The position numbers were made by a program, and so were the translations under genes. 64,000 bases of DNA from the human T2T-CHM13v2.0 reference genome, Homo sapiens: the NCBI RefSeq assembly GCF_009914755.1, contig NC_060928.1. The stretch is one strand, 5' to 3'. The notes under the pieces are model-generated. The model had not been told where the DNA came from. It saw nothing but the letters and a program-made list of their open reading frames with translations, and did no database searches. Below, in pieces: positions 1-15,000 of this stretch. The first letter of the stretch is position 1, and the number at the start of each line of letters is the position of its first letter.

Positions 1-41
1 GTTTGTTATTTTATGATCAGTATATAATACATATTTTGGGT

Positions 42-3000
42 ACTTTGATATTTTATGTACAGTATATAATACATACTTTGGGTACTTTGATATTTTATGT
101 ACAGTATATAATGTATAATTTGGGTACTTCAATAGTTTATGCACAGTATATAATACATACTTTGTGTAATTTGATATTTTATGTACAGTATATAATGCAT
201 ACTTTGGGTACTTTGATAGTTTATGTACAGTATACAATACATACTTTGGGTACTTTGATATTTTATGTACAGTATATAATATGTAGTTTGGGTACTTTGA
301 TATTTTAACTACAGTATATAATACATACTTTGGGTACTTTGATATTTTATCTACAGTATATAATAGATACTTTGGGTACTTTGATATATTATGTACAGTA
401 TATAATACATAGTTTGGTTACTTTGATATTTTTTGTACAGTATGTAAAACATACTTTGGGGAGTTTGCTATTTTATGAACAGTATATAATACACATTTTG
501 GGTACTTTGATATTTTATGTACGGTATATAATACATACTTTGGGTACTTTGATATTTTATGTACAGTATATAATTCATACTTTGGGTACTTTGATATTTT
601 ATGTACAGTATATAATACATACATTGGGTACTTCGATATTTTATGTGCAGTACCCTATATATAGTTTGGGTACTTTGATATTTTATGTCCAGTATAAAAT
701 AAATAGTTTTGGTACTTTGATATTTTATGTACAGTATATAGTTTGAGTACTTTGATATTTAATGTTCAGTTTATTATAAATGTTTGGGTGCTTTCATATT
801 TTATATACAGTATATAATACATACTTTGGGCACTTTGATATTTTCTGTACAGTATATAATACATACTTTGGGTACTTTGATATTTTATGTACGGTATATA
901 ATACATACATTGGGTACTTTGATATTTTATGTAAAGTATATAATATATAGTTTGGTTACTTTGATATTTTATATACAGTATATAATATATATTATGTGTA
1001 CTTTGATATATTATGTACAGTATATAATATATAGTATGGGTTGTTTGATATTTTATGTACAGTATATAATATATAGTTTGGGTAGTTTGATATTTTTAGT
1101 ACAGTATGTAATATATAGTTTGTTTTATTTGATATTTTATGTACAGTATACAATATATAGTATTGGTACTTTGATATTTCATGTAAAGTATATAGTTTGA
1201 GTACTTTGATATTTTATATGCAGTTTATTATAAATGTTTGGGTACCTTCATATTTTATGTACAGTATATAATACATACTTTGGGAACTTTTATTTTATGT
1301 GCAGTATATAATACATACTTTGGGTACTTTGATATTTCATGTACAGTATATAATACACACTTTGGGTACTTTGATATTTTATGTACAGTATATAATACAC
1401 CCTTTGGGTAGTTTGATATTTTATGTACAGTATATAATACATACTTTGGGTACTTTGATGTATTATGTACAGTATATAATACATACTTTGGGTACTTTGA
1501 TATTTTATGTACAGTATATAATACATACTTTGGGTACTTTGATATTTTATGTACAGTATGTAATACATAATTTGGGTACTTTAATATTTTATGTATAGTA
1601 TATAATACTTACTTTGGGTACTTTGATATTTTATGGACAGTGTATAATACATACTTTGGGTTCTTTGATATTTTATGTACAGTATATAACATATAGTTTG
1701 GGTACTTTGATATTTTATATACAGTATATAATACATACTTTGGGTACTTTGATATTTTATGTACAGTATATAATACATACTTTGGGTACTTTGATATTTC
1801 ATGCACAGTATACAATATATAGTTTGAGTACTTTGATATTTTATGTACTGTATAAAATATATAGTTTTCGTACTTTGATATTTTATGTACAGTATATAGT
1901 TTGAGTACGTTGATATTTTATGTACAGTTTGTTATAAATGTTTGGGTGATTTCATATTTTATGTACAGTATATAATACATACTTTGGGCACTTTGATATC
2001 TTATGTACAGTATATAATACATACTTTGGGTTCTCTGATATTTTCTGTACAGTGTATAATACATAATTTGGGTACTTTGATATTTTATGTACAGCATATA
2101 ATACATACGTTGGGTACTTTGATATATTATGTACAGTATATAATACATACTTTGGGTACTTTGATATTTTATGTACAGTATATAATCCATAGTTTGTGTA
2201 CTTTTATATTTTATGTACAGTATATAATACATACTTTGGGTACTTTGATATTTTATGTACAGTATATAATACATACTTTGGGTACTTTCATGTTTTATGT
2301 ACAGTATATAATATATAGTTTGGGTACTTTGATATTTTATCTACAGCTTATAATACTTACTTTGGGTAATTTGATATTTTATGTGCAGTATATAATACAT
2401 ACTTTGGGTAGTTTGATATTTTATGTACAGTATACAATATATAGTTTGAGTACTTTGATATTTTATGTGCAGTATAAAATATATAGTGTTGGTACTTTGA
2501 TGTTTTATGTACAGTATATATTTTGAGTACTTTGATATTTTGTGTACAGTTTATTATAAATGTTTGGGTACTTTCATATTTGATGTACAGTATATAATAC
2601 ATAATTTGGGCACTTTGATATTTTATGTACAGTATATAATACATACTTTGGGTACTTTTATATTTTATGTACAGTATATAATACATACTCTGGGCACTTT
2701 GATATTTAATGTACAGTATATAATACACACTTTGCGTACTTTGATATTTTATGTAACGTATGTAATACATACTTTGGGTAGTTTGATATTTTATGTACAG
2801 TATGTAGTACACACTTTGGGTACTTTGATATTTTATGTACAGTATGTAAAACATACTTTGGGTAGTTTGATATTTTATGATCAGTATATAATACACATTT
2901 TGGGTACCTTGATATTTTATGTACAGTATATAATACATACTTTGGGTACTTTGATATTTTATGTACAGTATATAATGCATACCTTAGGTACTTTGATAGT

Positions 3001-6000
3001 TTTTGTACAGTATATAATACATACTTTGGGTACTTTGATATTTTATGTACAGTATATAATACATAGTTTGGGTACTTTGATATTTTATGTACAGTATATA
3101 ATACATACTTTGGGTACTTTGATATTTTATCTACAGTGTATAATATATACTTTGGGTACTTTGATATATTATGTACAGTATATAATACATACTTTGGGTA
3201 CTTTGATATTTTATGTACAGTATATAATACATACTTTGGGTACTTTGATATTTTATGTACAGTATATAATACATACTTTCAGTAGTTTGATATTTTATGT
3301 ACAGTATATAATATATAGTTTGGGTACTTTGATATTTTATGTACAGTATATAATACATAGTTTGGGTACTTTGATATTTTATGTACAGTATATAATACAT
3401 ACTTTCGGTACTTTGATATTTTATGTACAGTATATAATATATAGTTTGGGTACTTTGATAATTTATGTACAGTGTATAACACATACTTTGGGTACTTTGA
3501 TATTTTATGTACAGTATATAATACATACTTTGGGTACTTTGATATTTTATATACAGTATATATTACATACTTTGGGTACTTTCATATTTCATGTACAGTT
3601 TATAATATATAGTTTGAGTACTTTGGTATATTATGTACTGTATATAATACATACTTTGGGTACTTTGATATTTTATGTACAGTATATAATACATACTTTG
3701 GGTACTTTGATATTTTATGTACAGTATACAATATATACTTTGACTACTTTGATATTTTATGTCCAGTATAGAATATATAGTTTTGGTAGTTTGATATTTT
3801 ATGTACAGTATATAGTTTGAGTACATTGATATTTTATGTACACTTTATTATAAATGTTTGGATACTTTCATATTTTATGTACAGTATATAATACATACTT
3901 TGGGCACTTTGATATTTTATGTACAGTATACAATACATACTTTGGGTACTTTGATATTTTATGTACAGTATATAATACATAATTTGGGTACTTTGATATT
4001 TTATGTACAGTATATAATGCATACTTTGGGTACTTTGATGTTTTATGTACAGTATATAATACATACTTAGGGTACTTTGACATTTTATGTGCAGTACATA
4101 ATACATACTTTGGATACTTTGTTATTTTAAATACAGTATGTAATACATATTTTGGGTACTTTGATATTTTATGTACAGTATATAATACATACTTTGGTAC
4201 TTTTATATTTCATGTACAGTATATAATATATAGTTTGGGTACTTTGATATTTTATGTACAGTATATAATACATAGTTTGGGTATTTTGATATTTTATGTA
4301 CAGTATATAATACATACTTTGGGTACTTTGATATTTTATGTACAGTATATAATATACAGTTTGGGTACTTTGATAATTTATGTGCAGTATATAACACATA
4401 CTTTCGGTAGTTGGATATTTTATGTACAGTATATAATACATACTTTGGGTACATCGATATTTGATGTACAGTATACTATATATAGTTTGGGTACTTTGAT
4501 ATTTTATGTCGGGTACAAAACAAATAGTTTTGGTACTTAGATATTTTATGTACAGTATATAGTTTGAGTACTTTGATATTTTATGTACAGTTTATTATTA
4601 ATGGGTGCTTTCATATTTTATGTACAGTATATAATACATACTATGGGCACTTTGATATTTTATGTACAGTATATAATACATACTTTGGGTACTTTGATAT
4701 TTTATGTACACTACATAATACATACTTTGGGTACTTTGATATTTTATGTACAGTACATAATATATAGTTTGGGTACTTTGATATTTTATGTGCAGTATAT
4801 AACACATACTTTCGGTACTTGGACATTTTATGTACAGTATATAATACATAATTTGGGTACTTCCATATTTTATGTACAGTATGCTATATATAGTTTGGGT
4901 ACTTTGATATTTTATGTCCAGTATAAAATAAAAAGTTTTGGTAATTCGATATTTTATGTACAGTGTATCGTTTGAGTACTTTGATATTTAATGTACAGTT
5001 CATTAAAAATGTTCGGGTGCTTTCATATTTTATGTACAGTATATAATACATACTTTGAGCACTTTGATATTTTATGTACAGTATATAATACATACTTTGG
5101 GTAATTTGATATTTTATGTACAGTATATAATACATACATTGGGTACTTTGATATTTTATGTACAGTATATAATATATAGTTAGGGTACTTTGATATTTCA
5201 TATACAGTATATAATATATATTATGTGTACTTTGATATATTATGTACAGTATATAATATATAGTTTGGGTAATTTGATATTTTATGTACAGTATACAATA
5301 TATAGTATTGGTACTTTGACATTTCATGTAAAGTATATAGTTTGAGTACTTTGATATTTTATATACAGTTTATTATAAATGTTTGGGTACCTTCCTATTT
5401 TATGTAGAGTATATAATACATACTTTGGGAACTTTTATTTTATGTGCAGTATATAATACATACTTTGGGTACTTTGATATTTTATGTACAGTATATAATA
5501 CATACTATTGGTACTTTGATATTTTATGTACAGTATACAATATATAGTTTGAGTACTTTGATATTTTATGTCCAGTATAAAATATATAGATTTCATACTT
5601 TGATATTTTTTGTACTGAATGTAGTTTGAGTACTTTGATATTTTATGTACACTTTATTATAAAAGTTTGGGTACTTTCATATTTTACGTACAGTATATAA
5701 TACATACTTTGGGCACTTTGATGTTTTATGTACAGTATATAATACATACTTTGGGTTCTTTGATATTTTATGTACAGCATATAATACATAATTTGGGGAC
5801 TTTTATATTTTATGTACATTATATTATACATACTTTGGGTACTTTTATATTTTATGTACGGTATATAATACACACTTTGGGTACTTTGATATATTATGTA
5901 CAGTATATAATACATGCTTTGGGTACTTTGATATATTATGTACAGTATATAATACATACTAAGGGTACTTTGACATTTTATGTACAGTACATAATACATA

Positions 6001-6050
6001 CTTTGGGTACTTTGATATTTTATGTACAGTATATAATGCATACTTTGGAT
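42..6050. repeat. 6009-bp HOR copy 1
   Basis: Matches 6051-12059 at +6009 apart from scattered substitutions; phase set by the left end of periodicity. Confidence 0.9.
714..789. repeat. Representative block-junction element: 35-bp + 41-bp shortened monomers
   Basis: 714-748 is ACTTTGATATTTTATGT-ACAGTATATAGTTTGAGT (35 bp). 749-789 is ACTTTGATATTTAATGT-TCAGTTTATTATAAATGTTTGGGT (41 bp). It recurs dozens of times, ending near 1243, 1947, 2569, 3863, 4606, 5018, 5388, 5672 and onward through the window. Confidence 0.92.
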
Positions 6051-9000
6051 ACTTTGATATTTTATGTACAGTATATAATACATACTTTGGGTACTTTGAT
6101 ATTTTATGTACAGTATATAATGCATAATTTGGGTACTTCAATAGTTTATGCACAGTATATAATACATTCTTTGGGTAATTTGATATTTTATGTACAGTAT
6201 ATAATGCATATTTTGGGTACTTTGATAGTTTATGTACAGTATACAATACATACTTTGGGTACTTTGATATTTTATGTACAGTATATAATATGTAGTTTGG
6301 GTACTTTGATATTTTAACTACAGTATATAATACATACTTTGGGTACTTTGATATTTTATCTACAGTATATAATAGATAATTTGGGTACTTTGATATATTA
6401 TGTACAGTATATAATACATAGTTTGGTTACTTTGATATTTTTTGTACAGTATGTAAAACATACTTTGGGGAGTTTGATATTTTATGAGCAGTATATAATA
6501 CACATTTTGGGTACTTTGATATTTTATGTACGGTATATAATACATACTTTGGGTACTTTGATATTTTATGTACAGTATATAATTCATACTTTGGGTACTT
6601 TGATATTTTATGTGCAGTATATAATACATACATTGGGTACTTCGATATTTTATGTGCAGTACCCTATATATAGTTTGGGTACTTTGATATTTTATGTCCA
6701 GTATAAAATAAATAGTTTTGGTACTTTGATATTTTATGTACAGTATATAGTTTGAGTACTTTGATATTTAATGTTCAGTTTATTATAAATGTTTGGGTGC
6801 TTTCATATTTTATATACAGTATATAATACATACTTTGGGCACTTTGATATTTTCTGTACAGTATATAATACATACTTTGTGTACTTTGATATTTTATGTA
6901 TGGTATATAATACATACATTGGGTACTTTGATATTTTATGTAAAGTATATAATATATAGTTTGGTTACTTTGGTATTTTATATACAGTATATAATATATA
7001 TTATGTGTACTTTGATATATTATGTACAGTATATAATATATAGTATGGGTTGTTTGATATTTTATGTACAGTATATAATATATAGTTTGGGTAGTTTGAT
7101 ATTTTTAGTACAGTATGTAATATATAGTTTGTTTTATTTGATATTTTATGTACAGTATACAATATATAGTATTGGTACTTTGATATTTCATGTAAAGTAT
7201 ATAGTTTGAGTACTTTGATATTTTATATGCAGTTTATTATAAATGTTTGGGTACCTTCATATTTTATGTACAGTATATAATACATACTTTGGGAACTTTT
7301 ATTTTATGTGCAGTATATAATACATACTTTGGGTACTTTGATATTTCATGTACAGTATATAATACACACTTTGGGTACTTTGATATTTTATGTACAGTAT
7401 ATAATACACCCTTTGGGTAGTTTGATATTTTATGTACAGTATATAATACATACTTTGGGTACTTTGATGTATTATGTACAGTATATAATACATACTTTGG
7501 GTACTTTGATATTTTATGTACAGTATATAATACATACTTTGGGTACTTTGATATTTTATGTACAGTATGTAATACATAATTTGGGTACTTTAATATTTTA
7601 TGTATAGTATATAATACTTACTTTGGGTACTTTGATATTTTATGGACAGTGTATAATACATACTTTGGGTTCTTTGATATTTTATGTACAGTATATAACA
7701 TATAGTTTGGGTACTTTGATATTTTATATACAGTATATAATACATACTTTGGGTACTTTGATATTTTATGTACAGTATATAATACATACTTTGGGTACTT
7801 TGATATTTCATGCACAGTATACAATATATAGTTTGAGTACTTTGATATTTTATGTACTGTATAAAATATATAGTTTTCGTACTTTGATATTTTATGTACA
7901 GTATATAGTTTGAGTACGTTGATATTTTATGTACAGTTTGTTATAAATGTTTGGGTGATTTCATATTTTATGTACAGTATATAATACATACTTTGGGCAC
8001 TTTGATATCTTATGTACAGTATATAATACATACTTTGGGTTCTCTGATATTTTCTGTACAGTGTATAATACATAATTTGGGTACTTTGATATTTTATGTA
8101 CAGCATATAATACATACGTTGGGTACTTTGATATATTATGTACAGTATATAATACATACTTTGGGTACTTTGATATTTTATGTACAGTATATAATCCATA
8201 GTTTGTGTACTTTTATATTTTATGTACAGTATATAATACATACTTTGGGTACTTTGATATTTTATGTACAGTATATAATACATACTTTGGGTACTTTCAT
8301 GTTTTATGTACAGTATATAATATATAGTTTGGGTACTTTGATATTTTATCTACAGCTTATAATACTTACTTTGGGTAATTTGATATTTTATGTGCAGTAT
8401 ATAATACATACTTTGGGTAGTTTGATATTTTATGTACAGTATACAATATATAGTTTGAGTACTTTGATATTTTATGTGCAGTATAAAATATATAGTGTTG
8501 GTACTTTGATGTTTTATGTACAGTATATATTTTGAGTACTTTCATATTTTGTGTACAGTTTATTATAAATGTTTGGGTACTTTCATATTTGATGTACAGT
8601 ATATAATACATAATTTGGGCACTTTGATATTTTATGTACAGTATATAATACATACTTTGGGTACTTTTATATTTTATGTACAGTATATAATACATACTCT
8701 GGGCACTTTGATATTTAATGTACAGTATATAATACACACTTTGCGTACTTTGATATTTTATGTAACGTATGTAATACATACTTTGGGTAGTTTGATATTT
8801 TATGTACAGTATGTAGTACACACTTTGGGTACTTTGATATTTTATGTACAGTATGTAAAACATACTTTGGGTAGTTTGATATTTTATGATCAGTATATAA
8901 TACACATTTTGGGTACCTTGATATTTTATGTACAGTATATAATACATACTTTGGGTACTTTGATATTTTATGTACAGTATATAATGCATACCTTAGGTAC

Positions 9001-12000
9001 TTTGATAGTTTTTGTACAGTATATAATACATACTTTGGGTACTTTGATATTTTATGTACAGTATATAATACATAGTTTGGGTACTTTGATATTTTATGTA
9101 CAGTATATAATACATACTTTGGGTACTTTGATATTTTATCTACAGTGTATAATATATACTTTGGGTACTTTGATATATTATGTACAGTATATAATACATA
9201 CTTTGGGTACTTTGATATTTTATGTACAGTATATAATACATACTTTGGGTACTTTGATATTTTATGTACAGTATATAATACATACTTTCAGTAGTTTGAT
9301 ATTTTATGTACAGTATATAATATATAGTTTGGGTACTTTGATATTTTATGTACAGTATATAATACATAGTTTGGGTACTTTGATATTTTATGTACAGTAT
9401 ATAATACATACTTTCGGTACTTTGATATTTTATGTACAGTATATAATATATAGTTTGGGTACTTTGATAATTTATGTACAGTGTATAACACATACTTTGG
9501 GTACTTTGATATTTTATGTACAGTATATAATACATACTTTGGGTACTTTGATATTTTATATACAGTATATAATACATACTTTGGGTACTTTCATATTTCA
9601 TGTACAGTTTATAATATATAGTTTGAGTACTTTGGTATATTATGTACTGTATATAATACATACTTTGGGTACTTTGATATTTTATGTACAGTATATAATA
9701 CATACTTTGGGTACTTTGATATTTTATGTACAGTATACAATATATACTTTGACTACTTTGATATTTTATGTCCAGTATAGAATATATAGTTTTGGTAGTT
9801 TGATATTTTATGTACAGTATATAGTTTGAGTACATTGATATTTTATGTACACTTTATTATAAATGTTTGGATACTTTCATATTTTATGTACAGTATATAA
9901 TACATACTTTGGGCACTTTGATATTTTATGTACAGTATACAATACATACTTTGGGTACTTTGATATTTTATGTACAGTATATAATACATAATTTGGGTAC
10001 TTTGATATTTTATGTACAGTATATAATGCATACTTTGGGTACTTTGATGTTTTATGTACAGTATATAATACATACTTAGGGTACTTTGACATTTTATGTG
10101 CAGTACATAATACATACTTTGGATACTTTGTTATTTTAAATACAGTATGTAATACATATTTTGGGTACTTTGATATTTTATGTACAGTATATAATACATA
10201 CTTTGGTACTTTTATATTTCATGTACAGTATATAATATATAGTTTGGGTACTTTGATATTTTATGTACAGTATATAATACATAGTTTGGGTATTTTGATA
10301 TTTTATGTACAGTATATAATACATACTTTGGGTACTTTGATATTTTATGTACAGTATATAATATATAGTTTGGGTACTTTGATAATTTATGTGCAGTATA
10401 TAACACATACTTTCGGTAGTTGGATATTTTATGTACAGTATATAATACATACTTTGGGTACATCGATATTTGATGTACAGTATACTATATATAGTTTGGG
10501 TACTTTGATATTTTATGTCGGGTACAAAACAAATAGTTTTGGTACTTAGATATTTTATGTACAGTATATAGTTTGAGTACTTTGATATTTTATGTACAGT
10601 TTATTATTAATGGGTGCTTTCATATTTTATGTACAGTATATAATACATACTATGGGCACTTTGATATTTTATGTACAGTATATAATACATACTTTCGGTA
10701 CTTTGATATTTTATGTACACTACATAATACATACTTTGGGTACTTTGATATTTTATGTACAGTACATAATATATAGTTTGGGTACTTTGATATTTTATGT
10801 GCAGTATATAACACATACTTTCGGTACTTGGACATTTTATGTACAGTATATAATACATAATTTGGGTACTTCCATATTTTATGTACAGTATGCTATATAT
10901 AGTTTGGGTACTTTGATATTTTATGTCCAGTATAAAATAAAAAGTTTTGGTAATTCGATATTTTATGTACAGTGTATCGTTTGAGTACTTTGATATTTAA
11001 TGTACAGTTCATTAAAAATGTTCGGGTGCTTTCATATTTTATGTACAGTATATAATACATACTTTGAGCACTTTGATATTTTATGTACAGTATATAATAC
11101 ATACTTTGGGTAATTTGATATTTTATGTACAGTATATAATACATACATTGGGTACTTTGATATTTTATGTACAGTATATAATATATAGTTAGGGTACTTT
11201 GATATTTCATATACAGTATATAATATATATTATGTGTACTTTGATATATTATGTACAGTATATAATATATAGTTTGGGTAATTTGATATTTTATGTACAG
11301 TATACAATATATAGTATTGGTACTTTGACATTTCATGTAAAGTATATAGTTTGAGTACTTTGATATTTTATATACAGTTTATTATAAATGTTTGGGTACC
11401 TTCCTATTTTATGTAGAGTATATAATACATACTTTGGGAACTTTTATTTTATGTGCAGTATATAATACATACTTTGGGTACTTTGATATTTTATGTACAG
11501 TATATAATACATACTATTGGTACTTTGATATTTTATGTACAGTATACAATATATAGTTTGAGTACTTTGATATTTTATGTCCAGTATAAAATATATAGAT
11601 TTCATACTTTGATATTTTATGTACTGAATGTAGTTTGAGTACTTTGATATTTTATGTACACTTTATTATAAAAGTTTGGGTACTTTCATATTTTACGTAC
11701 AGTATATAATACATACTTTGGGCACTTTGATGTTTTATGTACAGTATATAATACATACTTTGGGTTCTTTGATATTTTATGTACAGCATATAATACATAA
11801 TTTGGGGACTTTTATATTTTATGTACATTATATTATACATACTTTGGGTACTTTTATATTTTATGTACGGTATATAATACACACTTTGGGTACTTTGATA
11901 TATTATGTACAGTATATAATACATGCTTTGGGTACTTTGATATATTATGTACAGTATATAATACATACTAAGGGTACTTTGACATTTTATGTACAGTACA

Positions 12001-12059
12001 TAATACATACTTTGGGTACTTTGATATTTTATGTACAGTATATAATGCATACTTTGGAT
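6051..12059. repeat. 6009-bp HOR copy 2
   Basis: Same landmark order and spacing as copies 1 and 3. Confidence 0.9.
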
Positions 12060-15000
12060 ACTTTGATATTTTATGTACAGTATATAATACATACTTTGGG
12101 TACTTTGATATTTTATGTACAGTATATAATGCATAATTTGGGTACTTCAATAGTTTATGCACAGTATATAATACATTCTTTGGGTAATTTGATATTTTAT
12201 GTACAGTATATAATGCATATTTTGGGTACTTTGATAGTTTATGTACAGTATACAATACATACTTTGGGTACTTTGATATTTTATGTACAGTATATAATAT
12301 GTAGTTTGGGTACTTTGATATTTTAACTACAGTATATAATACATACTTTGGGTACTTTGATATTTTATCTACAGTATATAATAGATAATTTGGGTACTTT
12401 GATATATTATGTACAGTATATAATACATAGTTTGGTTACTTTGATATTTTTTGTACAGTATGTAAAACATACTTTGGGGAGTTTGATATTTTATGAGCAG
12501 TATATAATACACATTTTGGGTACTTTGATATTTTATGTACGGTATATAATACATACTTTGGGTACTTTGATATTTTATGTACAGTATATAATTCATACTT
12601 TGGGTACTTTGATATTTTATGTGCAGTATATAATACATACATTGGGTACTTCGATATTTTATGTGCAGTACCCTATATATAGTTTGGGTACTTTGATATT
12701 TTATGTCCAGTATAAAATAAATAGTTTTGGTACTTTGATATTTTATGTACAGTATATAGTTTGAGTACTTTGATATTTAATGTTCAGTTTATTATAAATG
12801 TTTGGGTGCTTTCATATTTTATATACAGTATATAATACATACTTTGGGCACTTTGATATTTTCTGTACAGTATATAATACATACTTTGTGTACTTTGATA
12901 TTTTATGTACGGTATATAATACATACATTGGGTACTTTGATATTTTATGTAAAGTATATAATATATAGTTTGGTTAGTTTGATATTTTATATACAGTATA
13001 TAATATATATTATGTGTACTTTGATATATTATGTACAGTATATAATATATAGTATGGGTTGTTTGATATTTTATGTACAGTATATAATATATAGTTTGGG
13101 TAGTTTGATATTTTTAGTACAGTATGTAATATATAGTTTGTTTTATTTGATATTTTATGTACAGTATACAATATATAGTATTGGTACTTTGATATTTCAT
13201 GTAAAGTATATAGTTTGAGTACTTTGATATTTTATATGCAGTTTATTATAAATGTTTGGGTACCTTCATATTTTATGTACAGTATATAATACATACTTTG
13301 GGAACTTTTATTTTATGTGCAGTATATAATACATACTTTGGGTACTTTGATATTTCATGTACAGTATATAATACACACTTTGGGTACTTTGATATTTTAT
13401 GTACAGTATATAATACACCCTTTGGGTAGTTTGATATTTTGTGTACAGTATATAATACATACTTTGGGTACTTTGATGTATTATGTACAGTATATAATAC
13501 ATACTTTGGGTACTTTGATATTTTATGTACAGTATATAATACATACTTTGGGTACTTTGATATTTTATGTACAGTATGTAATACATAATTTGGGTACTTT
13601 AATATTTTATGTATAGTATATAATACTTACTTTGGGTACTTTGATATTTTATGGACAGTGTATAATACATACTTTGGGTTCTTTGATATTTTATGTACAG
13701 TATATAACATATAGTTTGGGTACTTTGATATTTTATATACAGTATATAATACATACTTTGGGTACTTTGATATTTTATGTACAGTATATAATACATACTT
13801 TGGGTACTTTGATATTTCATGCACAGTATACAATATATAGTTTGAGTACTTTGATATTTTATGTACTGTATAAAATATATAGTTTTCGTACTTTGATATT
13901 TTATGTACAGTATATAGTTTGAGTACGTTGATATTTTATGTACAGTTTGTTATAAATGTTTGGGTGCTTTCATATTTTATGTACAGTATATAATACATAC
14001 TTTGGGCACTTTGATATCTTATGTACAGTATATAATACATACTTTGGGTTCTCTGATATTTTCTGTACAGTGTATAATACATAATTTGGGTACTTTGATA
14101 TTTTATGTACAGCATATAATACATACGTTGGGTACTTTGATATATTATGTACAGTATATAATACATACTTTGGGTACTTTGATATTTTATGTACAGTATA
14201 TAATCCATAGTTTGTGTACTTTTATATTTTATGTACAGTATATAATACATACTTTGGGTACTTTGATATTTTATGTACAGTATATAATACATACTTTGGG
14301 TACTTTCATGTTTTATGTACAGTATATAATATATAGTTTGGGTACTTTGATATTTTATCTACAGCTTATAATACTTACTTTGGGTAATTTGATATTTTAT
14401 GTGCAGTATATAATACATACTTTGGGTAGTTTGATATTTTATGTACAGTATACAATATATAGTTTGAGTACTTTGATATTTTATGTGCAGTATAAAATAT
14501 ATAGTGTTGGTACTTTGATGTTTTATGTACAGTATATATTTTGAGTACTTTGATATTTTGTGTACAGTTTATTATAAATGTTTGGGTACTTTCATATTTG
14601 ATGTACAGTATATAATACATAATTTGGGCACTTTGATATTTTATGTACAGTATATAATACATACTTTGGGTACTTTTATATTTTATGTACAGTATATAAT
14701 ACATACTCTGGGCACTTTGATATTTAATGTACAGTATATAATACACACTTTGCGTACTTTGATATTTTATGTAACGTATGTAATACATACTTTGGGTAGT
14801 TTGATATTTTATGTACAGTATGTAGTACACACTTTGGGTACTTTGATATTTTATGTACAGTATGTAAAACATACTTTGGGTAGTTTGATATTTTATGATC
14901 AGTATATAATACACATTTTGGGTACCTTGATATTTTATGTACAGTATATAATACATACTTTGGGTACTTTGATATTTTATGTACAGTATATAATGCATAC

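Noticed and set aside
53-76. Short inverted repeat TATGTA..TACATA and palindromes TGTACA/TATATA in each monomer
   Set aside because: A 6-bp A/T-rich stem is too weak and too likely by chance to call a terminator or structured RNA.
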